A stretch of 64,000 nucleotides of DNA from Anthoceros angustus (GCA_010909165.1 MU008151.1:310001-374000), one strand, 5' to 3'. Counted from the stretch's first letter, positions 23,601 to 38,441 are shown. Numbers and translations are program-made. The notes: generated from the sequence alone by a model not told the origin.

Positions 23601-26600
23601 TCCTACAAAGCTCAAGCTGAGACCAGGTTGAGGACTGTAGTTGAGCGGTAGAAGACTTTGACTTGATGACTCTATCCATATCCATGGCCAATCTCTGCGA
23701 CGGGTTGCATAATCCAGCAAATTTGGGACGTTGCTGATCCATCAACCGACATTCTACTACCGTTTACAACGACCAGTTCATGGTGTGAGGACAGCACCCA
23801 CCACCCACATCTGTAACTCAGACCTAGTAGTCATGCCTCAACCGTTGTCGAGGAAAGGTCATGTAGGAAGCAGCGAAAGGAAAGACTGTTTGCCTGCAAG
23901 AGGAAGCCACCAGATGAGTTCCGTTTAGAGTGCATGTAGGCATGGAGCGAGGTCCAAGACTTCTCGAGCAGGGCCTGGACTTTTCGGTGAAACAGACAGT
24001 AAAGGAGCTTGACAGAAAGAGAATTGAAATAGGTGCAAGCAACAATTTACAAGCTGCCTACGTCTAACTGTGCAAGCGCCTTACTACGGAAGTGATTGAA
24101 ATGTGTGTTTGACAGAAATGTTGACTGTCAAAGACTGTGCTGTCTCTGCCTACTACAACACAGCCTGGTTCAATGGCTGCAAAATATTAAATCGCTTCGA
24201 CAGTGTGCACCATCTGCCTTGAGCTTAAGCCAACAGAGGAGCCCCTCATCTGGCACCGCCCTTATTTCTTTGCATAGTAGTGCTGCTTCTCGTTGGTCAG
24301 AGATGAAAGAGATTGGACACACAATTGTCAAAAACAATTCATCAATGGCATCACCTGCCTTTGGACGAGGAACAGGCACGTTATCAGTAGGAAAATGGTC
24401 ACATCCAGGGACACAGTCCGAGGCTAGCCAAAATCCAGGGCGCTTTGCCTACCATTTCATCCCTGCATTAGGACCAGGATGGCAACCAGGTGAAACACAC
24501 CTTCCTTCCTCACCTTCGAAGAAAGCAAAATCTCCAGTTAGTTGGATATCGGAGATGGCCGTGAGCGATTTTCCGCGTTGTCTAGTGTCATAGAGACATG
24601 AAGGCAAGGGCCTCAGACGCCATTCCAGTGACGACATCCTTTCCCAGCTTTGGCCGGTCGGGAAGATGGAACACATACATCCTAACAGTGTGCAAAAGAT
24701 CTAGAAATCATTCAAGCAGAGGACCGAAAATCTGGACTTGCTTCTTGAAAACGAAAGCTCAAGCACCTACAGCCCTGCAACTCACACGTTCTTTCCTTCC
24801 TACCTCCACGAGCTAACACCTGTTCATCCACCCAAGAAGGCTGTGAGACGTTTGGCAGAATTCGTGACTGAAGTATAGCAGGCTTGCACGTATGCTGGTG
24901 GTTGCAAGGTAAGGGCATAACTGCACTCTTTCGACTACACTGGTGGTTGCAAGGTAAGGGCAATAACTGCACTCTTTCGACTACAGCAGTATCCATAATC
25001 TGGCCAAGGCTAACTAGATGATTAAAAAACTATATGGAAATGGATTCTCGTTGCTCCAACATTGTCGGTGTTGCAATGTTGCAGGATGTTTGGATGCGAA
25101 TTGAATAACTGCAAAGGACTGACATGTCCACAACCTCATACACACATCCGACTTTAGCTCAGTTGGCCGAGCGGAGAACTGTACTAGACGCTTGAGTTCT
25201 GGAAAACTGTACTGTACTTCCTGCCAAGCGCTGGAAGGTTTATTGGATTGCAAGGTTTTGCTGGCTTGTCACTTTGCTACCTTCGTTGACAAGTTTTCCA
25301 CCTCACTTCAGAGTGAATAGATGCTCAATGCTCCCTTCGGCTGTAACGAAAATTCATGAATCGACAAGAAATATTTAGGCTACACGATTGATGGCAGTTG
25401 TCCATGTGGGGATCAGCTTTGGGAGCTTGTGGACAAGGGGTCGGCTTCCTTGATCCAGGCAGTGGGAACTGGCCTCCAGAGTCCAGCCAAAATCCCAATT
25501 GCAGGAGCAGGAGGTCCACTATGAATATAACCTCCAGCTTGCTAGCACCCCAATTCAAACCTGTGAACTTGCAGGTATGTCGTTTTCTCTGCACATTTGA
25601 CAATTTATCAATTCAAACGATCTACGAGGCCTGAAGCACGAAACATGTCACCGGTACCGGAACTATCTATAACTGCAATAGCTCCATATCCCACAACTGG
25701 CTGAGAAACGCAATCGAGAACACGCCGTGTGACGAGCTCATAGGTTTTGCTGCAAAACAGTGCTACATAATACTCTACCATACCATCTCCTTTACCAGTG
25801 CTGGCCACAAACACGTTGCTTGCTCTCTAGTCTGCACATGAAGTTGCATCCCTTCTCCAGATTTATGGTGTCCTCCTTTGCAGGAGGCGCACATCCATGC
25901 CTAACCTTTATCGCACCATAGAGACAAAGGGTTCGTGAGCCCATGCCCCTGCTGGGCATATCCTGCTATCCTGGCAGTACATGTGACACCTGTATTTTCA
26001 CCAAGTGCGTTCCGGACACACGATGGCATCAGTAACTTGCAAACCTTGGCAAGGCAAGTCTTACCATGAGTAGTGAACAATTGCTGCCTGTAAGACCGAC
26101 TACCTGAAGGAGTAAGGACCTGCACCAGAAAGTTTCGCCATTTCCAAGTCTTGGCAGCTTGTCCCAGCTCAGGTTGGCTGTTCTTCCCAAGACGTTGGTA
26201 CCCCTAAAATCTACAGATGCACAGATCAAATTTGTGTTAGTCATTACTCCAAGGTGCAGGGCACGATGTCATTCCTGGCCACTGATGCATGCTCACTCTG
26301 GAGGATCCCTCCTTCACCAACCAGGGCCCTCCACAGTTCTGGAAGAGTCAGAGGCTTGAACAACCAAAAGGGACGAATTCGACAAAGGTGGGATTTCGCA
26401 AAGAGTGATGTAAGATACAGCAGGATTAGGCTCTACATTCTAATGCCTGTCTACCTACCATTATCCAATCACATGATGCAGATGGCTCCTAGAGTCATCC
26501 TGCAAATGCCAAAGTTAGGCTGCAACACACGACGTTCTAGTTGCTCCCGTCAGAGCGGCTGATAGACTTTTCTCATTTCCTCCACATACACCGTTCGCAA

Positions 26601-29600
26601 ACCCATGCCACTCCTCGTCCTCCATCCTGCCGTTTCCGATATTGCACCTTGTGCAGTTGCTCACAAGACGTGCACCAAGGTAGCGTATGCTAATCCGAAT
26701 CGGAACCTTGACAACCTGGCTGCAACCACCTGCAACACCCTAATCCACACTGGCATATGCCTCACCATCTCATGCAGAATCCACCATTCCCTGCAGCTTG
26801 CAAGCAGGTATACAGGGAGCAGGGCACGATGTCGTTACTGGCCATTCATGCATGCTTATGAGACTGGAAGATCCCTCCCAGCTCTGCCCTAGCTGGGAAT
26901 CATACCTCTTCGTCATTCAGTGAATTGTGAGCTGTGAGTGCAGAGTCTCGGAGTTCACACGCCCTTCGAGTGCAGAGTTTTTGTGCAACGAAGGCTCGGT
27001 GTCATCTGAGTCCGTCGCCTCACACCCAACTCCACTCTGCTTGTCAGGCAAGTCAAAATCCGAAAGTGGTGCTTGCTCCTGGGGTCCCTAACTCAGACTC
27101 TCGAAGCTTTACATCCATTGTGCTAAGTGCGGCATCCTACAAAGCTCGAAGCTGAGACCAGGTTGAGGACTGTAGTTGAGCGGTAGAAGACTTTGACTTG
27201 ATGACTCTATCCATATCCATGGCCAATCTCTGCGACGGGTTGCATAATCCAGCAAATTTGGGACGTTGCTGATCCATCAACCGACATTCTACTACCGTTC
27301 TTTTTCAGGATTTCTAGCACATGGGACTATCTTTGCCTGGATAAGAGACGTTTGGCAAGAATTCGTGACTGAAGTATAGCAGGCTTGCACGTATGCTGGT
27401 GGTTGCAAGGTAAGGGCATAACTGCACTCTTTCGACTACACTGGTGGTTGCAAGGTAAGGGCAATGCACTCTTTCGACTACAGCAGTATCCATAATCTGG
27501 CCAAGGCTAACTAGATGATTAAAAACTATATGGAAATGGATTCTCGTTGCTCCAACATTGTCGGTGTTGCAATGTTGCAGGATGTTTGGATGCGAATTGA
27601 ATAACTGCAAAGGACTGACATGTCCACAACCTCATACACACATCCGACTTTAGCTCAGTTGGCCGAGCGGAGAACTGTACTAGACGCTTGAGTTCTGGAA
27701 AACTGTACTGTACTTCCTGCCAAGCGCTGGAAGGTTTATTGGATTGCAAGGTTTTGCTGGCTTGTCACTTTGCTACCTTCGTTGACAAGTTTTCCACCTC
27801 ACTTCAGAGTGAATAGATGCTCAATGCTCCCTTCGGCTGTAACGAAAATTCATGAATCGACAAGAAATATTTAGGCTACACGATTGATGGCAGTTGTCCA
27901 TGTGGGGATCAGCTTTGGGAGCTTGTGGACAAGGGGTCGGGCTTCCTTGATCCGGAGGCAGTGGGAACTGGCCTCCAGAGTCCAGCTGCAAAATCCCAAT
28001 TGCAGGAGCAGGAGGTCCACTATGAATATAACCTCCAGCTTGCTAGCACCCCAATTTCAAACCTGTGAACTTGCAGGTGTGTCGTTTCTCTGCACACTTG
28101 ACAATTTATCAATTCAAACGATCTACGAGGCCTGAAGCACGAAACATGCCAGCGGTACCGGAACCATCTATAACTGCAATAGCTCCATGTCCCACAACTG
28201 GCTGAGAAACGCAATCGAGAACACGCCGTGTGACGAGCTCATAGGTTTTGCTGCAAACAGTGCTACATAGCATGTCTCTAGCATACCATCTCCTTTACCA
28301 GTGCTGGCCACAAACACGTTGCTTGCTCTCTAGTCTGCACATGAAGTTGCATCCCTTCTCCAGATTTATGGTGTCCTCCTTTGCAGGAGGCGCGAACATC
28401 CATGCCTAACCTTTATCGCACCATAGAGACAAAGGGTTCGTGAGCCCATGCCCCTGCTGGGCATATCCTGCTATCCTGGCAGTACATGTGACACCTGTAT
28501 TTTCACCAAGTGCGTTCCGGACACACGATGGCATCAGTAACTTGCAAACCTTGGCAAGGCAAGTCTTACCATGAGTAGTGAACAATTGCTGCCTGTAAGA
28601 CCGACTACCTGAAGGAGTAAGGACCTGCACCAGAAAGTTTCGCCACTTCCAAGTCTTGGCACCTTGTCCCAGCTCGGGTTGGCTGTTCTTCCCAACACGT
28701 TGGTACCCCTAAAATCTACAGATGCACAGATCAAATTTGTGTTAGTCATTACTCCAAGGTGCAGGGCACGATGTCATTCCTGGCCACTGATGCATGCTCA
28801 CTCTGGAGGATCCCTCCTTCACCAACCAGGGCCCTCCACAGTTCTGGAAGAGTCAGAGGCTTGAACAACCAAAAGGGACGAATTCGACAAAGGTGGGATT
28901 TCGCAAAGAGTGATGTAAGATACAGCAGGATTAGGCTCTACATTCTAATGCCTGTCTACCTACCATTATCCAATCACATGATGCAGATGGCTCCTAGAGT
29001 CATCCTGCAAATGCCAAAGTTAGGCTGCAACACACGACGTTCTAGTTGCTCCCGTCAGAGCGGCTGATAGACTTGTCTTAATTCCCCTCCGCATACACCG
29101 TTCGCAAACCCATGCCACTCCTCGTCCTCCATCCTGCCGTTTCCGATATTGCACCTTGTGCAGTTGGAATTTGTCAGCCATTTGATCCCTCAGCAACGGC
29201 TGCAACAGATTCTTCAGAGCAATCCATGCCTCTTGCACGGGAGTGTTCTGGCTCGCAGCTGGTCCTGTCAGGTCCAGATTTAAATGGGACAGGGCTGATT
29301 CCCAAAGGCCGCAGCGAGAGAAACCGGTCCATCCAAGCTGATGTGTTTGTAGCAGCAGTTTGATTCACATGTGTAAGTAATATGCAAATACAGTAATCTG
29401 CAAACACTGAATACAGTAATCTGCAAACAAGCCAAAGGTGGTTTATCATTAATGCTTGTCACAGGGAAGCCAAGGGCCCAAACGTTGAGGAGGCCAAGTC
29501 GTCAGCAAGAGGGCTGGGAGGTTCGACCCCTGCATTCTGTCAGCGATTGTCTCGAGGTTCTCGAACAGAAGGATGTCAGGAAGGCATGGTTGTACCCAAT

Positions 29601-32600
29601 TCCGTGACATTTGTGTGCCACTTTACACAAAACCGTTCATCGTCTTCACGACAGTAGACTGCCCAAATCATTCCGGGCCAGGCAGTCCAGCAGCCGCCGC
29701 CGATCAGATCGCCAGTCCTTCGCCTCGTCCGCCATGCTACACTGTGCTTCTCAGAGACGCGAGGCAAGGTGGTTTCTGTGGCGAACGCGTCCACGCCCCG
29801 AACGGGATAAGACTGGCTTCGCACCGGACTTCCTCCATCCAGTCTCTGTTCAGTTCCTGGAATCCCTGCAGGCAAAGGGATAGACCAAGTCAGGAAAAGG
29901 ACAGTGGTCACCTCGACTCAAGGCAGCAAATCAGGTGCTAGGTGATGCCGTGTCCTGAACCTAATGCAGTACATACTTTACCCTAAGAAAGCTTGGTTTC
30001 CACTTCGGAGAAACTGAGGACTTAAGGTGGACGTCATCATCCTCAACCCGCCTGTTGCAGCCAGGTGAGGAGCAAGCCGATGCGGTGCAGTTGCTCACAA
30101 GACGTGCACACCAAGGTAGCGTATGCTAATCCGAATCGGAACCTTGACAACCTGGCTGCAACCACCTGCAACACCCTAATCCACACTGGCATATGCCTCA
30201 CCATCTCATGCAGAATCCACCATTCCTGCAGCTTGCAAGCAGGTATACAATGAGCAGGGCACGATGTCGTTACTGGCCATTCATGCATGCTGATGAGACT
30301 GGAAGATCCTCCCAGCTCTGCCCTAGCTGGGAATCATACCTCTTCGTCATTCAGTGACTTGTGAGCTGTGAGTGACTGTCTCGTCGTTTTCTCAACCAGT
30401 CATGGGAGAAAGGCACAAAATTTATCTTCGCTTTGGTGGATGCCATCGTTGAGGGCTCTCCAACCGAAGAGATGTCAGGAAGGCATGGTTGTACCCGATT
30501 CCGTGACTTTTGTGTGCCTCTTGCTGGCATGTGAAAATGTGGCATCCTTGGGTGTGGGAAGACAGCCACGCAGGCAGATTGTAGGACAGCGGCTCCAAGC
30601 TCATGTGTTTGTAGCTGGCAGTTTGATTCACATGTATGGGAAGTCCAGCAGCACGGTTGATGCACAGCAGGTGTTTGACGCATTGCCTGAAAGAGACACT
30701 GTCATCGGAGTTTTTCAGGTGTCATCGGACACTGAAACTCTGGACTGTCACTATGACGCGGCATTGAAGGTGTCACTGATGACAGTGTCTCTTTTCAGGA
30801 TTTCTAGCACATGGGACTATCTTTGCCTGGATAAGAGACGTTTGGCAAGAATTCGTGACTGAAGTATAGCAGGCTTGCACGTATGCTGGTGGTTGCAAAG
30901 GCATAACTGCACTCTTTCGACTACACTGGTGGTTGCAAGGTAAGGGCAATAACTGCACTCTTTCGACTACAGCAGTATCCATAATCTGGCCAAGGCTAAC
31001 TAGATGATTAAAAACTATATGGAAATGGATTCTCGTTGCTCCAACATTGTCGGTGTTGCAATGTTGCAGGATGTTTGGATGCGAATTGAATAACTGCAAA
31101 GGACTGACATGTCACAACCTCATACACATCCGACTTTAGCTCAGTTGAGCGGAGAACTGTACTAGACGCTTGAGTTCTGGAAAACTGTACTGTACTTCCT
31201 GCCAAGCGCTGGAAGGTTTATTGGATTGCAAGGTTTGCTGGCTTGTCACTTTGCTACCTTCGTTGACAAGTTTTCCACCTCACTTCAGAGTGAATAGATG
31301 CTCAATGCTCCCTTCGGCTGTAACGAAAATTCATGAATCGACAAGAAATATTTAGGCTACGATTGATGGCAGTTGTCCATGTGGGGATCAGCTTTGGGAG
31401 CTTGTGGACAAGGGGTCGGGCTTCCTTGATCCGGAGGCAGTGGGAACTGGCCTCCAGAGTCCAGCTGCAAAATCCCAATTGCAGGAGCAGGAGGTCCACT
31501 ATGAATATAACCTCCAGCTACAATTTCAAACCTGTGAACTTGCAGGTATGTCGTTTCTCTGCACATTTGACAATTTACCAATTCAAACGATCTACGAGGC
31601 CCGAAGCACGAAACATGTCACCGGTACCGGAACTATCTATAACTGCAATAGCTCCATATCCCACAACTGGCTGAGAAACGCAATCGAGAACACGCCGTGT
31701 GACGAGCTCATAGGTTTGCTGCATACAGTGCTACATAATATGTCTCTAGCATACCATCTCCTTTCCCAGTGCTGGCCACAAACACGTTGCTTGCTCTCTA
31801 GTCTGCACATGAAGTTGCATCCCCTTCTCCAGATTTATGGTGTCCTCCTTTGCAGGAGGCGCGAACATCCATGCCTAACCTTTATCGCACCATAGAGACA
31901 AAGGGTTCGTGAGCCCATGCCCCTGCTGGGCATATCCTGCTATCCTGGCAGTACATGTGACACCTGTATTTTCACCAAGTGCGTTCCGGACACACGATGG
32001 CATCAGTAACTTGCAAACCTTGGCAAGGCAAGTCTTACCATGAGTAGTGAACAATTGCTGCCTGTAAGACCGACTACCTGAAGGAGTAAGGACCTGCACC
32101 AGAAAGTTTCGCCATTTCCAAGTCTTGGCAGCTTGTCCCAGCTCAGGTTGGCTGTTCTTCCCAAGACGTTGGTACCCTAAAATCTACAGATGCACAGATC
32201 AAATTTGTGTTAGTCATTACTCCAAGGTGCAGGGCACGATGTCATTCCTGGCCACTGATGCATGCTCACTCTGGAGGATCCCTCCTTCACCAACCAGGGG
32301 CCCTCCACAGTTCTGGAAGAGTCAGAGGCTTGAACAACCAAAAGGGACGAATTCGACAAAGGTGGGATTTCGCAAAGAGTGATGTAAGATACAGCAGGAT
32401 TAGGCTCTACATTCTAATGCCTGTCTACCTACCATTATCCAATCACATGATGCAGATGGCTCCTAGAGTCATCCTGCAAATGCCAAAGTTAGGCTGCAAC
32501 ACACGACATTCTAGTTGCTCCCGTCAGAGCGGCTGATAGACTTGTCTCTTAATTCCCCTCCGCATACACCGTTCGCAGACCCATGCCACTCCTCGTCCTC

Positions 32601-32812
32601 CATCCTGCCGTTTCCGATATTGCACCTTGTGCAGTTGGAATTTGTCGGCCATTTGATCCCTCAGCAACGGCTGCAACAGATTCTTCAGAGCAATCCATGC
32701 CTCTTGCACGGGAGTGTTCTGGCTCGCAGCTGGTCCTGTCAGGTCCAGATTTAAATGGGACAGGGCTGACTTCCCAAAGGCCGCAGCCACAGAAACCGCT
32801 CCATCCAAGCTG
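20640..32812. repeat. Mosaic segmental-duplication array of 0.7-2 kb blocks
   Basis: 20648-21745 matches 23756-24852. 22349-23408 matches 29332-30374. 23125-23764 matches 26651-27299. 24845-26659, 27345-29340 and 30835-32812 match one another. Blocks contain PPR, VPS8 and TRN1-like fragments. Confidence 0.92.
22640..22773 (-). pseudogene. N-terminal fragment of a different TRN1-like paralog (second copy ~29620-29735)
   Basis: MADEAKDWRDLPDRRRRLLDCLARNDLGSLP aligns with MAEEHEAEDWRALPVKLQQLLLDLGRNAVSELP at 40568. Confidence 0.7.
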
Positions 32813-35800
32813 GTAGCAGGGTCGGGAACCGCACCCCCAATGCCGGCAGCCACGTGTAGGCCAGCCTTGGCCAGGAAGAGCAATAGCTTTGCACCGTTGA
32901 TTGCTAAGGGCCTGATCCACCTCCACTTCGCATCCTCCAATGTCAGGTCAAATCCAGTTTGGCCCTGCACGATGTGATTCCCAAAGATGTTTTCGCACAT
33001 GAAGTGCAGCTTAGCCGCTTTGCCCACACGCACCCCTGCAATCAATCTCTGTGCTAGATCCACGTCTGCAGTGGTGAAGTAGGGACGTCTGGGTATCTGA
33101 CTGCTTTCTAATTCTGCAGAGAAATTCATAATCTCATCCATCTTCGAAAGCAAGAGTTGTAGAGTATCTTCCTGCCAGTCTTGATAGCGCTTATCTCATG
33201 TTGGATAAGTTGCAAAGTCTCGCCAATTCTATCCACTTTGACTCCACTGCTTTCACCTCTTGCTTCAAATCTCTTATCCCTTGATTGATGGTTTGCAACA
33301 GTTGCTCCCCATCTCCGAGTGAGTTGTTCCAGGGAGGGATATAGTACGTCGGATGTAGGCAAACCGAGACGTTTGAAGTGGTGCGTCTTGTTGTGCGAGC
33401 ACCCTTCCTCTGTAGGCAGGACTTCCTCTACAGCTGCATCTATGTTGGATATGGTTTGAAGGAGACCTGTTCGTCGCCTTTGCAAGACATCCCAGACTTC
33501 ACCAGTACTTAAGAGCTCATCAGCTCCCTCAAAGGCACTCTCCAAAGAGGCTTCAGGACATGCTGGCCACGACCACCTGAAGTCGGCCAGATCCATTGAG
33601 GAGAAAATCTCCCCTGTACAGTCTTGTTGGTCTGCAAAAACACACTTGAGCAAATCCTGCGTTAGCACTGACTGGTTATGCCGGTAGATACAGAGTGTGA
33701 GGTTTTCGACACACTCTGTCCTGATAATTCCTTCCACAAGCTCGACTCCCGGACTGCCTTCAGGGGAAGCACAAAAGATTTCAACTTTGCAATCACATGT
33801 TCCTTGAGAAACTCGATAGTTTCATCTTTGCTCTTGGATGACCTCACCAGAATATCAATATGGTCACCGATGTCTCCGGTGTCCTCTCCGATATCCCCAC
33901 TGCTTTCCAAAACACAACCATACCATCACACAAAAGTTGATGAGGTTGCGTTCAATACGATATTGATGAGGTTGCATGCCATGGAATCCGGTTAACAAAT
34001 CCTTTCGAAGGCAGACCTGCAATACGCAAACCTCCACAATGTCAGTAAACAGGTTGAAGACACACACCATCAAACAAAGACATGTTGGTAGTTATCGTAC
34101 TTGGAATCTAGGAAAAAGCCTGGACCAAGAGACGTCTTCGTCTTGTCAAGGCACTGTAACCTCCTTCCGAGGTAGTTGTAATTGCTTGCTGTATCAGCAG
34201 TTTCCCAGTTCAACTTTCGTCTCCCACGAAGAGCGTCATCATCACCGGCGGCCATGGTGAAGGGAACAAAGAATCCGACACCTCGAATCGGATCCTCTTC
34301 ATAGCATAAGTTGAGAGTAGTCATCAACGATACCAGATGTTGCCTTTCAATCCCCTCCGCTTGTGTGCCGCTGAGAATCTCATCCAAGGTGGAATGAAGC
34401 AGACTTCGAGCAACAAATCCATCTGAGGAATGCGACAAACCTCTAGTAGACGGGAGACATGCTCTGGTTAGAAGGTGAATGAGTCGCCCTAAAAAATTGT
34501 GACTGATCCAGTGTGGATTTATCACCACAACATCTGTATCTTGAAAACAGATGATACTACCCACATCATGCAGATAGGCAAGAATGGCTCCCAATCGTTC
34601 CACCTCATCTTGAACCCCACCTTTGTGGAGACTCTTCAGCTCGTTTTGGAACAAAGTTTGAAGTTGCTGTTTCCTCACCATCGGTTGAGCTGGATGTTGG
34701 GATACCCAGGCAGTCAAATCAGCACTCAATCGGTTGCATACCTCGGGTACCCAAAACAGTTTAGTTGCAAATAGAGCTCGAAACGATTCCATGAGTGCGT
34801 CCAGCAAGGGCTTCACACTCTTGGCAGATCGAGCGTCCATGGAGAAGAGTGTTTTGTTTCACGTGAACAACCTGTTCAAACTCGGTGGCCAACTGTCAGA
34901 ACGGGTTGAAGGAGATCCGGTATGCTTCAGCATCAGAACGCTTCATCTTATCCACATGAGTTGCCACCACAAATATTTGAGGCAAAGTAGAGCCCACGTT
35001 GCGACAATTGGAGTTGATGAACCTAAGCCAGTACGCCAAGCTCCTTCTGAACCTGTCCTGCAGGACATTAGACGGATGCAGTTGGGGAGGTTTCCGATCA
35101 TCAAATGGGCTGAACGCAAACAGGAAGATACATGCTTGGTTGAAGGTCGGAAAAGGTAGTCTTGCAGAGCTCGGTAGTGAGCTTGTCCAGCCAGATCCCA
35201 CATGGTAACTTGCATATCATGGTCGTTGCGCAACACCTCGATTTCTATGCCTTCCGTTCTGGTACCGGTGACGGAAGCCATCCGTCGCCAAGCACGAAAT
35301 ATTTTTCCCTTCAGTCGAGCTAGAACTTGGCTGAGCTGGAACTTGATGCGGCTGTGTGTCGTCTCCATGCGCGAATCATGGTGGTGCGGAGAGTGGTCTT
35401 CCCTGCCAAAGGGCACCGCACAGGAAGAGGCGCCCAGCCTTGGGCATCACAGGCCCTTGCCTGCCCACGAGCAAAGGCCAGTAAGCCTCTTGAGTGGCAT
35501 TGCCTGCCAAGGCTGCATTGATGATTGCGTCCTTTCCTTCCGCTTCCCATGTTGTCCCCTGGATGTTGATCTCCGTAACGTCTTGTTGACTTGAATACAG
35601 TTCATCAAGTCTCTAAACATGTCATGATCCAGGGCGTCCCAGAGAAATGTCGAGCTTTTTCAGAGATGCGTTGCCCTCCAAGGATCTCAGTAACTCTTTC
35701 TTGAACGAGGCGTGGCCGTAGAGACGCTGCAATTTCAGGACACGCAGTGCTTTGCATTCCGGGAGCAACTGGACAAGGCGCATCCACACTTCCGTCGCAG

Positions 35801-38011
35801 CTGATAGTCGTCGGGAGAAGAAACGAAGATCAGATATGGTGGAGTTGTGGCGTAACCCGTCCAGGCCGTGGATGAGAGCATATGGAGTGGTGGCAAGCAT
35901 CTCGATACGATCGTTGGTGCGCAGCATTCCGGCCAGGGCGTCTGCCAGGCCTGCCTCCCCATCCTTCGAGATATCCAAACGAAGCGTTGTGGCGCCACAG
36001 ATGGAGGCATTCTCATCCGCGCGGGTGATAGCGAGTTTGAGCACAGTGCCCATGGGCCCGAGGCCGCCGGGAATGGGACCCCGCAATGCAACGCCATCAT
36101 GCAACGCCAGATACCGGAGCGTGGCACAGAGCGGAAGAGCATTTGCAATACACTGGGCTCCCGCCACATCCATGCCGATGCTTCAGCATCAGAACGCTTC
36201 ATCTTATCCACATGAGTTGCCACCACAAATATTTGAGGCAAAGTAGAGCCCACGTTGCGACAATTGGAGTTGATGAACCTAAGCCAGTACGCCAAGCTCC
36301 TTCTGAACCTGTCCTGCAGGACATTAGACGGATGCAGTTGGGGAGGTTTCCGATCATCAAATGGGCTGAACGCAAACAGGAAGATACATGCTTGGTTGAA
36401 GGTCGGAAAAGGTAGTCTTGCAGAGCTCGGTAGTGAGCTTGTCCAGCCAGATCCCACATGGTAACTTGCATATCATGGTCGTTGCGCAACACCTCGATTT
36501 CTATGCCTTCCGTTCTGGTACCGGTGACGGAAGCCATCCGTCGCCAAGCACGAAATATTTTTCCCTTCAGTCGAGCTAGAACTTGGCTGAGCTGGAACGG
36601 GTGATGCGGCTGTGTCGTCTCCATGCGCGAATCATGGTGGTGCGGAGTGGTCTTCCCCAAGGGCACCGCACAGGAAGAGGCGCCCAGCCTTGGGCATCAC
36701 AGGCCCTTGCCTGCCCACGAGCAAAGGCCAGTAAGCCTCTTGAGTGGCATTGCCTGCCAAGGCTGCATTGATGATTGCGTCCTTTCCTTCCGCTTCCCAT
36801 GTTGTCCCCTGGATGTCGATCTCCCGTAACGTCTTGTTGACTTGAATACAGTTCATCAAGTCTCTAAACATGTCATGGTCCAGGGCGTCCCAGAAGGAAA
36901 TGTCGAGCTTTTTCAGAGATGCGTTGCCCTCCAAGGATCTCAGCAACTCTTTCTTGAACGAGGCGTGGCCCTAGAGCGAACTCAAGTGCAGGACACGCAG
37001 TGCTTTGCATTCCGGGAGCAAGTGGACAAGGCGCATCCACATCCGTCGCAGCTGATATTCGGAGACGAAGTTCAGATATGGTGGAGTTGTGGCGTAACCC
37101 GTCCAGGCCGTGGATGAGAGCATATGGAGTGGTGACAAGCATCTCGATACGATCGTTGGTGCGCAGCATTCCGGCCAGGGCGTCTGCCAGGCCTGCCTCC
37201 CCATCCTTCGAGATATCCAAATAAAGCTTGTGACGCCAGAGATGGAGGCATTCTCATCCGCGCGGGTGAAAGCAAGTTTGAGCACAGTGCCCATGGGCCG
37301 CCGGGAATGGGACCCGCAATGCAACGCCGGAATGCCATGCAACGCCAGATACCGGAGCGTGGCACAGAGCGGAAGAGCATTTGCAATACACTGAGCTCCC
37401 GCCACATCCATGCCGATGTCATTCAGTGACAGATTCTTGAGACAGGGAGCCGTGGCCAGAATGCGGGCCAGGTGCTGTGCCCCTTCAGCACCTCCTACCT
37501 TGTTCCATCGTAAGTACAACCGCTCCAGGACAGAATCCTTGTTCAAGCCTTTGGCCAGGGCACCCAGTCCCGCGGCATCAAGCCCAACCCTAGGTGCTGA
37601 AAGTTCTCGTAAGCTGCGACTGGATGCAACAAGCTGGCCCAGAGCCTCGCAAGCCGCCTGCCTTCCAAAACCTTCACAGCCACTCACACTCAAAAATTTC
37701 AGGGAAGGGTTGGACGCCAGGCCCCCCAACAGAACCGACACTTCATCCTCCCGATCCAAGCCGATGGCCCACGCGCGGTCGATGGTTATGAACTCGAGAC
37801 TGCGGCAGTTGGCAATGGCTGTCAACACCGCTTGCGCACTCGCCAGTGCCTTCCCTCATCACCACGGATTCGATCAGTGAAGTAGCCGCCATACTTCTTC
37901 ATTATGCAGATCGGGTAGTTCGGACACGGCATTCCGGCCCAGATCTAGCAGCAGCTGCTGCAGCTGAACCGGCAGCGCGCGCCAATCCTCCGCCTCATGC
38001 TCTTCCGCCAT
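32524..38011 (-). pseudogene. TRN1: TORNADO1-like LRR-Roc-COR (Roco) gene, intronless, frameshifted, with ~1.25 kb internal duplication
   Basis: RNI-type LRRs (LERLYLRWNKVGGAEGAQHLARIL), P-loop LFLCG..AGKTTL (~35430-35388), TRTEGIEI..MWDLAGQAHY, LAYWLRFI..IFVVATHVDK, COR LAYLHDVGSII..VVINPHWISHNFLG, and a TRN1-type tail LHFMCE..HIVQGQTG..KAGLHVAAGIGGAVPD..FQLHKVQY..VAWVCERC. 34921-36178 is duplicated as 36179-37415. This is a family-level call and orthology is not established. Confidence 0.85.
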
Positions 38012-38288
38012 GCTCTGCTATGCTGTGCTATGCTGTGCTATGCTTCTGCTAGAATGGAATGAGGGCCAGGCAGGTGCTGTGCTCCTCCAGGCCACACCAC
38101 ATCCCGCGGCCTTCAGCCCTGGCAGGCAGGCCCCACGCAGCGAAACTTCCCACATGAACGGCGAAACAGCCCAAACTTAAACATGCTAAAATAAGTAAAT
38201 GGGAATGGAATTTGTCCGGGTCAGTCGAGATCAGGACACCGGAACGGAACGGGAAACGGCTCCCGTGCACGGTCCCTGTGATGAATGA

Positions 38289-38441
38289 TGGGCTGGGTTG
38301 GGTTGGGTTGGGTTGGGTTGGGTTGGGTTGGGTTGGGTTGGGTTGGGTTGGGTTGGGTTGGGTTGGGTTGGGTTGGGTTGGGTTGGGTTGGGTTGGGTTG
38401 GGTTGGTTGGGTTGGGTTGGGTTGGGTTGGGTTGGGTTGGG
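38289..38441 (+). repeat. (GGGTT)n array, about 30 units
   Basis: Read directly. Lies ~280 bp upstream of the TRN1-like ATG at 38011. Confidence 0.97.
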
